Positions 17,901-26,884 of a stretch of 64,000 nucleotides of DNA are shown piece by piece; the first letter of the stretch is position 1, and each line of letters opens with the position of its first letter. The notes under the pieces are model-generated. The model was not told the origin of the DNA. It did no database searches and saw only the letters and a list, made by a program, of their open reading frames with translations. The translations under genes were made by a program, and so were the position numbers. The stretch lies in the IMG/VR virus record IMGVR_UViG_3300036783_000113, positions 17,484-81,483 of that record. One strand, given 5' to 3'. The DNA comes from a virus. Its lineage: Duplodnaviria > Caudoviricetes.

Positions 17901-20900
17901 ACGTACTGCTTTAGAAGATTCAGGCCTTAAAGAAGCTATCGGTTCTGTAGCTGACAGATTGAACTTAGGTAAAGATGCCGCTGATGGAATGTACAATGGT
18001 AATCAAAAAATCATAGATCAATCCAGTTCTAACATTTCTGCTTTTGAAAATGTAAAAAAAGCTGTTGAAGATGTTAAAAATGCGACTACAGACAAAGAGA
18101 GAGCCGATGCTACAGCTCGTTTCAATGAAGCTCGTAATATTGTTAAGTCTATTAGTGAACGAAAAGTCGAAGCGGATAGTTCTCTAGAAAACGCTGATAT
18201 TTTCAAAACGGCTGAAGGTGTCAAACGTCAAGAAATGGCTAATACCGTTGAGCAAATGCGTTTAACTGGCCTTATTAGTAACGATTTCGCTCATCAATTG
18301 CAACAAAAAATTGGTGTGGAAGTTCCTTTAGCTTTCGCTCAAATGAGTAAAGGTGCTTCAGAATCTCAACAAACAATGGCTTCGGAATCAGATACAACAG
18401 CTTCAAGATTCGAAACTTCATACGACAGAATAAGAAGAACATTCGGCTTAACAGGTGATACATCCGAGAATACAGGGGTTCGTATCGGTGGAGTTGAAGT
18501 AGGACTTCAAAATGGTGCAAACCAAACTCAAAACACTTACGGCGTAGCTCATAACGGTATGCAACAAAATATGAATCAAACAGCCGGAACTGCTGAACAA
18601 ACTGGTGGAAGAGTGCAAGGTAGCAATACAGGAATGCAACAATCCATTGGTAATACAGGAGTAACATTCGGTGTTAACTTAAATGGAATGGGTGGTCACT
18701 ACAATACATTCGGCCAAACTTCTTCTAATACTGCTGGTACAGTAGGTGGAAGTAACAGCAATATCGACAGTTCTACAAGTGGAATGTCAGGTAATGTTCA
18801 AGGTTATTTAAAAGGCGTTCAAGGTGCTAACAAAGATACTGGAACATCTTACGGTAACATGGCTGATGAAGCTAGTAAAGGATCAAGTAGTGCTAATTCA
18901 AGCGCTCAATCAGGTCTTGGTGGAGCTAAGAAAGAAGCTGATGGTTTATCTAAAGCTTTAGATGGTTTAAAAACAGCTTGGAACGCATTGACTAAACTTG
19001 GTACAATTGCTCTTAATTTCGCTACTGGTGGTTTAATTGGCGGTGGTGGTTCTGAAGGTATTCGTGATTTATCAAGTAAAGTTAATAAGACTCATGACTT
19101 CGTTAAGAGTGGCGGTGGCACTGCAAGCGGAGTGTTCAGCGGATTACCTATCACTTCTGAATTTGGCTATCGTACCGATCCATTTACTGGCGCTAGAACT
19201 GGCCATAATGGTATGGATTTCGCTGCTCCTACTGGAACTCCTGTTCGTGCTACAACTGGTGGCGTAGTAATTAAATCCGGTTGGGGCGCTCAAGGTTCAG
19301 GTTATGGTGGTTACGGAAATGTTGTAGCAATCCAAGATATGGGTGGTCGCGTTCATATTTACGGACATAACAGCGGTGTGAATGTTCGCGAAGGTTCATT
19401 CGTCGGTGCTGGAACTACAATTGCTAGTTCAGGTTCAACAGGTCGTTCAACCGGCCCACATATTCATTATGAAGTACGTAATGGTGGTACTGCAATTTCA
19501 CCAAGAGGATTTATCGGTGGAGGTAATGAAGGAGTTCGTGACTTACGCAAATATCATACTGGTGGTGTTGTTCAAGGTGGTATGGTAGATGATAAGTTCC
19601 GTAGAAACAATGAAGTTGATGCTCGTTTACTGAAAGGTGAAATGGTATTAACTCAAGCTCAACAAAAGAACTTATTTGATATGATGAAAACTCCAATGGA
19701 AGGTGACCGTAAGCCTAAGTTCCATTCCGGCGGTGTGGTTGGTGGTTACGATAAACTTTACGGTTCTTGGACTGCTAAAGATTTCAGAGCTTCTTCTAAC
19801 CAATTCGTCACTAATAACTTCTATCAAGGCGAATATCGTGATCGTGTATCTTCAGCAAGTTACGTTAAGGATATAGGAGCATATAGCACTAATGATATGC
19901 TTTATCTATTAACTACTTCAATTAGACAAGTAGCTTCTACTGATGAAGATAAAAAAGATTACAACAAACAAATTATCGACTTAATCAAACAAGGTAACAA
20001 TCGCGATTACGCTAGTAAAGCTTTTGACAATGCTAACCTATTCTTACCTGAAGGTGTACGTGACTTAGTTAAGCAAGACGTAATGAATGCCGTTAAGGAG
20101 AATGAATTCGACGGTTACGCGGAACGCACTAAAAAGTTCTTAGATGAATTCATTGAAAAAATGCCTAAAGTTAATGAACAGGTAACTAAATTCGTTGACC
20201 TTCATCATTCTTTAAATGAGGAAAATGAACGTTACAAAGAAGATTCATTCATTAACAAGTTTGTCGATAAAGGAATGCTATCTTTAGGGTTAATGGAAAA
20301 GCCTACAGAATTAGAAGCTACAGAGAAGAAAATGCAAGAGATTCAAGAAAGAAGTAAAAATCTTTTTGAACAAAACGCAAAAGTCAAATACAACACGAAG
20401 AACCCTGAACTTTATTCTCAAATGGCTCAATACGCTAAAGAATTTAATGCGCTGAATGAACGATTGTATCAAGATCGTTCTTACGGTAAATTAATGGGTT
20501 ACAGTGACGAACAAGTGAAAGAGTCTACAAAAGAACTTGAAAGTCAATGGAAGGAAGCTCTTTCTAGATGGAAAGACTTAGAATCAGCGATTGATGGTAA
20601 CAAAGCAATTGTATCTGACAATGAGAAGATTCTAGAAACGTTAGCTATCGACTATAAAAAACTTCAGAAAGAAATGGAAGAAACTAAAAAGAAAACTGAA
20701 ATCATGGAGAAGATTAAGGATAAAGTTAGTTCTATCTTTAATTGGAATGCTTCTTCTTTAATCACTGAAAAGACGGATGAATTTGGTAACGTTGTACGTG
20801 ACGTTGAAGGTACGATCCGCGCTGTTCTAGATGTTCAGAAAGCTATCGATGAAATTACTAAAGATATTTATTCTAACATCGACAAAACAGTTGAGGAAAT

Positions 20901-21537
20901 GATTACTAGCATCTTAACTTCTGAATTACCTGATATCGGTAAGATATTCGAACAAAAAGGTGACTATTCAGGAATTGAGAATGGTGTCGTTGGTGCTGTC
21001 GATAAAATCCGTCCTGCATGGAATGAAACATTAGATTACATGGCAGGTAGTATGTCTAACATGTTTAACAGCCAACAATGGGGTAGTGTCATTGGTAACT
21101 GGACAAGTAACATGGGTGAAGCGATGAAAAATCTAGCTCCAATATTTGAAGGGGTATTCGCTACTCTTCCTGAAACAATTGGAAAGATTATGTCTGACCT
21201 TCCTAACTTAGTTAATACTGCTATTCAGAATATCACTGTCGGATTATTTAACACTGTTATCGGCATCTTGAATCATATGGTTGGATTAGTGAATCAAATC
21301 ATTCCTGCTACTCAACGTATTCCAGCGTTTGAAGAAATGAAATACGCTAAACCGACTTATACTCAAAATAACGAGACAAATAATGAGACTCAAACTCACA
21401 AAGCTGACACTAATGTTTATAGAAACGTAACTTACGTTGTACAAACAGGTGTTGCTTTAGCTAGTGAATCAGAGCTTAAAGAGTTCGCAATGATTATGGC
21501 TAAGATGATTGAAGAAGAACAGGAGCGTGGGAACTAA
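14980..21537 (+). CDS. Tape measure protein with peptidase M23 domain
   Basis: 2185 aa; TP901-like core; M23 motifs HNGMDF, YGH and GPHIHYEV at ~19150-19490. Confidence 0.92.
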   Translation: MNENNRIGIRFEVNTKELAEMNKAIATIDKFNQASAKMAQSMSQTATASTKSEQAIKNTTQRIQEIERATSSLPNQMKASSQSIDRMGQAVTKLQNDLKGYGRDVKVAVDSNGKMNASFKDSQGNIVKMKAELDQTANRFVNFSNSIQTTNGHLKQLAQAEKAAAQEQKKMAQEAAKAASEMKKNEQHAESLTRAYNKLHQGLDISEVLRRNGGTFNVYNNAVKGNSEIVRANIDRHGKFTQTLRDQQGALTTINGYYNQSHGRLVQYSEAVSSGNKKVAQSMNETTAAAKTGASAMGEWANQTRIAFERMIQWTAVTTVFFQIINGLKAVGATIVEVDHQMTNLRRVMNEDQFMAGTSAVQGFERMLKTATSTAQELGVTVVGVLESMNEFARQGFDENTINYLSRMATVFSAVADIDMSTSASYLTSAMKIFNLEAEESIRIVDELNQVDNDYAVSSDDLAQSLARAGGTANAFGVSMEQVLGHTVAIGEATRESGAIVGNSLKTIYSRVTTVDSAISALKEVGVDVFDPITKDSKDVNVILGDLAGKWDGLSKTQRENIGVTLAGRHQLSRFMVLMDRWGQGVAATDTAYKAAGSGMREYDKYMQSIGANMNLAIAAFQKLAIALGEAGIGAAMIVALKGVTMFTEGITATVEKLGALSFAVPAVVAALGYLAVAYVTTSRAATAAGTSLAIPMNKAGMAVNNLMNSMGASSIAAANMGGAVSKLTTGMRALAMATIMNPFVWVAAAVIGITALVGGMSQAKQEVESMAESARNAEYEFDQLNKRIKEGNPQDMRYDLNKLDQMRDKLKEVADGAKFSEAAFNNQKASMEGSANASLNLGFQLANLKDKIMANNNGTATWFERLPEDLKKTAAELGVTYEKGMTFNEFISALDEKSSRATDSYNELNKKIKETGKPEGILEAAKAMNDLSENTDEAFNSFSKIAGFKDEMINSLKEQMTYIQLMSKVPAEQRTALEDSGLKEAIGSVADRLNLGKDAADGMYNGNQKIIDQSSSNISAFENVKKAVEDVKNATTDKERADATARFNEARNIVKSISERKVEADSSLENADIFKTAEGVKRQEMANTVEQMRLTGLISNDFAHQLQQKIGVEVPLAFAQMSKGASESQQTMASESDTTASRFETSYDRIRRTFGLTGDTSENTGVRIGGVEVGLQNGANQTQNTYGVAHNGMQQNMNQTAGTAEQTGGRVQGSNTGMQQSIGNTGVTFGVNLNGMGGHYNTFGQTSSNTAGTVGGSNSNIDSSTSGMSGNVQGYLKGVQGANKDTGTSYGNMADEASKGSSSANSSAQSGLGGAKKEADGLSKALDGLKTAWNALTKLGTIALNFATGGLIGGGGSEGIRDLSSKVNKTHDFVKSGGGTASGVFSGLPITSEFGYRTDPFTGARTGHNGMDFAAPTGTPVRATTGGVVIKSGWGAQGSGYGGYGNVVAIQDMGGRVHIYGHNSGVNVREGSFVGAGTTIASSGSTGRSTGPHIHYEVRNGGTAISPRGFIGGGNEGVRDLRKYHTGGVVQGGMVDDKFRRNNEVDARLLKGEMVLTQAQQKNLFDMMKTPMEGDRKPKFHSGGVVGGYDKLYGSWTAKDFRASSNQFVTNNFYQGEYRDRVSSASYVKDIGAYSTNDMLYLLTTSIRQVASTDEDKKDYNKQIIDLIKQGNNRDYASKAFDNANLFLPEGVRDLVKQDVMNAVKENEFDGYAERTKKFLDEFIEKMPKVNEQVTKFVDLHHSLNEENERYKEDSFINKFVDKGMLSLGLMEKPTELEATEKKMQEIQERSKNLFEQNAKVKYNTKNPELYSQMAQYAKEFNALNERLYQDRSYGKLMGYSDEQVKESTKELESQWKEALSRWKDLESAIDGNKAIVSDNEKILETLAIDYKKLQKEMEETKKKTEIMEKIKDKVSSIFNWNASSLITEKTDEFGNVVRDVEGTIRAVLDVQKAIDEITKDIYSNIDKTVEEMITSILTSELPDIGKIFEQKGDYSGIENGVVGAVDKIRPAWNETLDYMAGSMSNMFNSQQWGSVIGNWTSNMGEAMKNLAPIFEGVFATLPETIGKIMSDLPNLVNTAIQNITVGLFNTVIGILNHMVGLVNQIIPATQRIPAFEEMKYAKPTYTQNNETNNETQTHKADTNVYRNVTYVVQTGVALASESELKEFAMIMAKMIEEEQERGN

Positions 21538-21902
21538 TGGCTGGATATTTTAAACTTGGAGTGGATGGAGAAGGTTATGCCTTCTTCGTTCCTTCTTCTT
21601 TTAATAAGAGTGAAAAGATTTTAGGTTCAGGTATAAGACGTACAATTAACGGTACAGCAAAGAGAGATATAATTACAACTAAACACGGATTCAGTTTAGG
21701 CTTTGAGTTTTTAGATGAAGATGAAGTTGCTAATTTATATACTCAATTTGAAAAATATTCTAAACAAGGGAAGAAGTTATCTTTCATTGATGACCACGGA
21801 AATAAATACTTTGTCCATTGGGGTGAAGAGTTCGGTATTAATGAAAGGCAAAAGAATGGTGTGGAACTTTGGAGTGGATCAATAACATTGGAAGAGGTGT
21901 AA
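21537..21902 (+). CDS. Distal tail protein (Dit-like)
   Basis: Small beta protein directly after the tape measure gene. Confidence 0.55.
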   Translation: MAGYFKLGVDGEGYAFFVPSSFNKSEKILGSGIRRTINGTAKRDIITTKHGFSLGFEFLDEDEVANLYTQFEKYSKQGKKLSFIDDHGNKYFVHWGEEFGINERQKNGVELWSGSITLEEV

Positions 21903-21905
21903 AAA

Positions 21906-24900
21906 ATGCAAGGACGTTTAGGCCAAGTAATTAGATTTCCGGTAATGAAAGTTCTAGTTGACTTTGATGATACAGGGTATTCGGATTTAAGCAAATGGTA
22001 CGACATATCTAGTTATGTATTGGAAGTTAGTGGTAGTAAAGAAAAAGAAGGAGAAAAGACAGGCGGCGTTACTCATGACATCGTTAACTTTTCTGTAGAT
22101 AATGCCGAAAAGCATTTCAATAATGATAATCCTAACAGTCCGTTCAAAGGTAAAATAAAAAGTAATTTGAAGTTTAAATTATTAGCTGGATTCAAAGAAG
22201 AAACGTTAACTGTTTACGCTGCTGGTTCTATTGAAGCTTTTGAACCTTCTTGGAAAGAAACTAAATACAACATCAAGACAATTGATTACATGAAGTTATT
22301 AAAGAAAACACCAGTACCTAAACAATCTTTCCGTGATGTTTCATTTGAACAATTAGTCAATATATTATGTGATGAATCAGGACTCCCTAAACATATTGTA
22401 AGGAAAATACCTAAAACTGATTTCTTCTATAGATATGTTAGATTTGAAGAAGAGAACTGTTTTGAAGCTTTGAAGAGTTTAATTCAAGCTGTTGTAGGTG
22501 CTGCTTACTTTGAAGGTGAAGAGTTTATTGTAGAAACTAAATTAGCACTTGACTACAGATTAGATACTGTTGAAAAGTGTACCATCAATGTTGATGACTT
22601 AATTGATTTCGATGAATCGACAGACGGTTCAGATATCATTAATACGGTTTCCGTAACTTCCCAATACAAAGACATTGCTCCTTTGGAAATCGTGTGGGAA
22701 ACGCCGGAGAACGTCGTTAAAGTTCAAAACGAAATCATTAAGTATCTTGGTGGTAATTCAATTAAAATTGACCAAAAGAATTTACCGATAATTAACACTA
22801 GTGACGAACCAATTGTATTCAAGAATATCACACAAGGTAAAACTATTTACATCCAATCTGTAGATGTTAAGACAGGAACTATTACGATTCATCCTGATAG
22901 TTTGTCTAATGTTGGATTAAACGATATGTTATCGGTTAGTTATTCTTATCAACAACTAGCTTTGTTACCTTTAAATGAACGTAAGTTTTCTGTACAGTTC
23001 AGTGACGATATTGATTCAATAAACACGCTTGACGTTGCCGTGTGGGATTCGAAAGGTGAAGCTAAGTTAAAGTATTCAGATAAACCTAACGTAGTCAATA
23101 CGGTATCTCTACAGTCTTTCAAGTTCGATGCAAAGAACAAGAAATGTGAATTCACTTTAAAAAATAACTACAGTGATGCTATTACAATTTCTACATTACA
23201 ATTACGCGGTTATCCAATTAAAGTATTAAATCCAATTGAAGTTTATGTGAAGAATGATCCTTCTATTCTGAAGTACGAAAAAGCTGAATGGTCATTCCAA
23301 AACAATTACATCAACAACATTAAGTTAGCGCAAAAGATAGCTCAATACATCGCTGATAACTTTAGTGAGCATAGAAAGAAACTTCAAATCAAAATAGATG
23401 GATTCCCTGAACTTAAATTAGACAACGTTGTAAAAGTTATTGAACCGAAAAGTGGTACTAATCATAAGTTTACCGTTGAAAAGATAAATTATGCATTCAG
23501 TATTACTAACGGCTGGACAATGGATGTTGGGTTGTTAGAACTTGATAAGAAACCGTGGGTATATGAATCGTTCAAAGGTGAATCATGGGAGAATACAAAT
23601 TCAGGTAAGCCGGATATAGATTTCATTAGTGATATCAATGCTAATATGATCCGTAACGGTGGAGCTGAATTGTACACTGGATTCGCTGACTATAAAGATG
23701 TACAAGCTTTAGACGGCCAACATTTAGTTCCTGACTATTGGAGATTTGTTCGTGAAACAGGTAACGCAACTTCTCGTATTCGTTCCGGTGGTAACTTAGT
23801 GCTGCATGGTATGAACAGTTTCGAAATCACTACAATAAATAGTGGTAGCGGTTATTATGAACAAATTGTTGACGGAATCAAACCGAGTGCTAACTACGTT
23901 CTAACTTTCATGGCAAGTCCAAGCTCCTGTCTCGGAAAGGGCTATTTAGACTTTTATAACGGTGCTGAATTACTTGATACTAAGGTTATCGATATTGACA
24001 AGTATCAAAATTATGAAATAAAGGCTGTTAGCCCTGACCATGCGACGAAGGCTGTTGTTCGTCTAGCTAAGTTAGGTGGTACTAATAGTAATGAGTCGAT
24101 TGTTTTCGATAAAGTTAAGTTAGAAAATACCGACACTTCAACTCCTTATATCGAAACAGATAATTCGACCGCTATCCAAATGAAACAAAAATACGCTAAC
24201 TCATTAGTGTTAGGTAACAATTATGGATTAGAAGTATTCGACCAAAACTTAAACATTAAAGTTAGATTAGGCCAATACCAAGCTGGTAAATATGGTTTAC
24301 AAATATTTGGTGGTGGTATCAATATCATCAATGGATTACCTGAAGACCAAATTTCCGGTGATGCAACAGGTAAGTGGAATGATGCTAGTAACACTTTAAA
24401 GAAATTAGCTGATGATAGTATCATTTCAATTATCGAAAAGCAATTGTTGAAGCGTGAATTTGCATCAATAGAACTTGGTTACGGTTCACTCCTTTCCATT
24501 GCTAAGAATTATTTTCCTGTAGAAGATGGGATAATAGAAATTTCTAACTTCAGACTTTATTTTGATAAGCTGAAAAAGTTTTTATATACTGATCCTGATT
24601 TGAATAACGGCGCTCCTATCTTAATTGACATCAACATGACACGCGATAGTCAAGTAGACCCATTGTTATATAGTCAAAGGTTTGGAGAGTACGAAACTTC
24701 TAAATTGAGATTAAATGAAGCTATCGAAAGACGTTCTAAAGAAATGATTAAAGAAGCTAATGATTTAATTGAAGAGGTTAAGGATCAAGTTACATTCAGT
24801 TGCGACTTATTCAGTACGAATGGAATAACTTTCGTTAATGGCCAAAGGGAAACGATTCTATATGTTGTCGTTAGAAGAGGGAAGGATGACGTAACAGATT

Positions 24901-25064
24901 TACTTGATAAATCTAATTTCATTTGGAAGAAGAAAAATGATAACGGTCATTTCGATGATAATTGGAACTTAGCTCATATTGGGATAGGGAAACAAGTTAC
25001 CCTTCCTGATAATGAAATTTTAAGACGCGCAACGTTTTCTTGCGACATAGATATCCCTGATTGA
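21906..25064 (+). CDS. Baseplate hub/Tal-like protein with carbohydrate-binding module
   Basis: Position after Dit; NMIRNGG-type CBM start; helical spacer shared with the fibre. Confidence 0.6.
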   Translation: MQGRLGQVIRFPVMKVLVDFDDTGYSDLSKWYDISSYVLEVSGSKEKEGEKTGGVTHDIVNFSVDNAEKHFNNDNPNSPFKGKIKSNLKFKLLAGFKEETLTVYAAGSIEAFEPSWKETKYNIKTIDYMKLLKKTPVPKQSFRDVSFEQLVNILCDESGLPKHIVRKIPKTDFFYRYVRFEEENCFEALKSLIQAVVGAAYFEGEEFIVETKLALDYRLDTVEKCTINVDDLIDFDESTDGSDIINTVSVTSQYKDIAPLEIVWETPENVVKVQNEIIKYLGGNSIKIDQKNLPIINTSDEPIVFKNITQGKTIYIQSVDVKTGTITIHPDSLSNVGLNDMLSVSYSYQQLALLPLNERKFSVQFSDDIDSINTLDVAVWDSKGEAKLKYSDKPNVVNTVSLQSFKFDAKNKKCEFTLKNNYSDAITISTLQLRGYPIKVLNPIEVYVKNDPSILKYEKAEWSFQNNYINNIKLAQKIAQYIADNFSEHRKKLQIKIDGFPELKLDNVVKVIEPKSGTNHKFTVEKINYAFSITNGWTMDVGLLELDKKPWVYESFKGESWENTNSGKPDIDFISDINANMIRNGGAELYTGFADYKDVQALDGQHLVPDYWRFVRETGNATSRIRSGGNLVLHGMNSFEITTINSGSGYYEQIVDGIKPSANYVLTFMASPSSCLGKGYLDFYNGAELLDTKVIDIDKYQNYEIKAVSPDHATKAVVRLAKLGGTNSNESIVFDKVKLENTDTSTPYIETDNSTAIQMKQKYANSLVLGNNYGLEVFDQNLNIKVRLGQYQAGKYGLQIFGGGINIINGLPEDQISGDATGKWNDASNTLKKLADDSIISIIEKQLLKREFASIELGYGSLLSIAKNYFPVEDGIIEISNFRLYFDKLKKFLYTDPDLNNGAPILIDINMTRDSQVDPLLYSQRFGEYETSKLRLNEAIERRSKEMIKEANDLIEEVKDQVTFSCDLFSTNGITFVNGQRETILYVVVRRGKDDVTDLLDKSNFIWKKKNDNGHFDDNWNLAHIGIGKQVTLPDNEILRRATFSCDIDIPD

Positions 25065-25117
25065 TTCAGGGGTATTATTGTTTTTATGAAATTAAAAATT
25101 GAAGGGAATGGTCAAAA

Positions 25118-26854
25118 ATGGCAATAGTAGCAAGTGGTCAGCTTACGTTAGTTGATTTAAATGATGCAAAAGTTTTACAGTTATACATTAATTCTAATCA
25201 ACCAAAGATTCAAATTTTCAATCCGAACGGCGGGGCTTATGTACCTGATTGGGGCGTAGCTGCAACGAATGTTGTATTAACACCTCAAATGTTTATTGCT
25301 GGTTCTAACACGGATATCATCACTGATTCAAGCGTTACAATCAAATGGTACGATTCAGCTGCTCCTACAGTTCAATTAGTTACCGATACAAATTATGATA
25401 TCCCAACTACAGGATTAAAAACATTAAAAATCAAAAAGAATTTATTGTCAGCTAAAAACCAAATTAGTTACATTTGTAAAGTTACTTGGTATGATCCTGA
25501 TATAATGACTAACATTGAAGCAATCGCTACAATCGATTTTGCTAAAGTTACTGCTGGTGCTGATGGTTCAAGTGGTCAAAATGCGATTACAGCTGTATTA
25601 ACAAATGATACACACACTGTACCAACTGATAGTGCTGGTAATGGAGGTTCTTTCACTTCAGCAACTACGACGATGTTAGTTTATAATGGAGCTACTTTAG
25701 ATAGTGATAATTGGAATTATACAGCTGTTGTATCAAGTGGTATTACAGGAGCTTTCGGAACTAGTACAAGCAAAAATGTTTATACGGTTTCCAATATGAC
25801 AGTTGATTCAGGAACAGTTGACATTACAGCTAAACGTAGTGGTTACGCTGATATAGTTAAACGATTTACTATCATTAAAAACAAGCAAGGTATTACAGGT
25901 GCAAATGCTACTTCTTATTGGTTGGTTACGGCTGCTCCTGCAATTCAAAAAAATACTTCAGGCGCTTATTTACCAGCTACATTCGCTATGAACGGAAAGT
26001 CACAAACTGGAACTGCTGCTCCTGTTGATTACAAAGGTCGTTTTAAAGTTTACGATTCAACTGATGGTACAACTTTCACTACAGTTAAGTACAGTTCAAC
26101 TATCGATGAATCTGTAGCTTCATTCACACCTACAGTTGGAATTAAAGCGGTTAAGATTGAATTTTATTCAGCTGGACAAGTTAATTTATTAGATTCACAA
26201 ATTATACCTGTTGTATCTGACGGAACGAACGGTACAAACGGTACTAACGGCCAAAACTCAATTGTAGCTTATGTTTGGACTCCTGAAGGTAACGTCGTTA
26301 AGAATGGTGGAGGAAGTGTCAAAGCTCAATGTGATGTTTATAATGGTACTTCTCAAGTGACTACAGGAGTAGCTTATCAATGGTACAGATATAAAGCTGG
26401 ACAAGCGGATCAGGGAGCTGGTATTGGTTGGGAGAAATTAACTTCAACAGTTAACTACGGCTGTACTAATTACGCAACTGCAACGATGACAATTCCGGCA
26501 CAAGCTGTTGAAAGTATGACTAGTTTCATTTGTGTTGCTACTTATAACGCAAAAGCATACAAAGATGTAGCGACTATTATTGACCAATCTGATCCGTTAC
26601 AATTAGTTATATTCTCGCCTGAAGGAACAGTATTTAAGAACGGTCAAGGTGAAAAAAACCCTGTCGCAAAAGTATACCAAGCTGGAAGTGAGATAGATGT
26701 AAATGGTACAATATATGATTATAAGTGGTCATTAAGAAAAGGTGATGGTTCTGTTGATGCAACTTTCTCTATGACTGGAAAAACAATTAAAGTTTTAGCT
26801 ACTAAAGTTGATAATATAGGTAACTTAATTTGTGACTTATGGACTAAAAGTTAA
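25118..26854 (+). CDS. Minor tail/fibre protein
   Basis: Ig-like repeats, GTNGTNGTNG linker, T-rich. Confidence 0.6.
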   Translation: MAIVASGQLTLVDLNDAKVLQLYINSNQPKIQIFNPNGGAYVPDWGVAATNVVLTPQMFIAGSNTDIITDSSVTIKWYDSAAPTVQLVTDTNYDIPTTGLKTLKIKKNLLSAKNQISYICKVTWYDPDIMTNIEAIATIDFAKVTAGADGSSGQNAITAVLTNDTHTVPTDSAGNGGSFTSATTTMLVYNGATLDSDNWNYTAVVSSGITGAFGTSTSKNVYTVSNMTVDSGTVDITAKRSGYADIVKRFTIIKNKQGITGANATSYWLVTAAPAIQKNTSGAYLPATFAMNGKSQTGTAAPVDYKGRFKVYDSTDGTTFTTVKYSSTIDESVASFTPTVGIKAVKIEFYSAGQVNLLDSQIIPVVSDGTNGTNGTNGQNSIVAYVWTPEGNVVKNGGGSVKAQCDVYNGTSQVTTGVAYQWYRYKAGQADQGAGIGWEKLTSTVNYGCTNYATATMTIPAQAVESMTSFICVATYNAKAYKDVATIIDQSDPLQLVIFSPEGTVFKNGQGEKNPVAKVYQAGSEIDVNGTIYDYKWSLRKGDGSVDATFSMTGKTIKVLATKVDNIGNLICDLWTKS

Positions 26855-26884
26855 GTAATAAAAGAAGTGAAGGGAATGTTGGAT

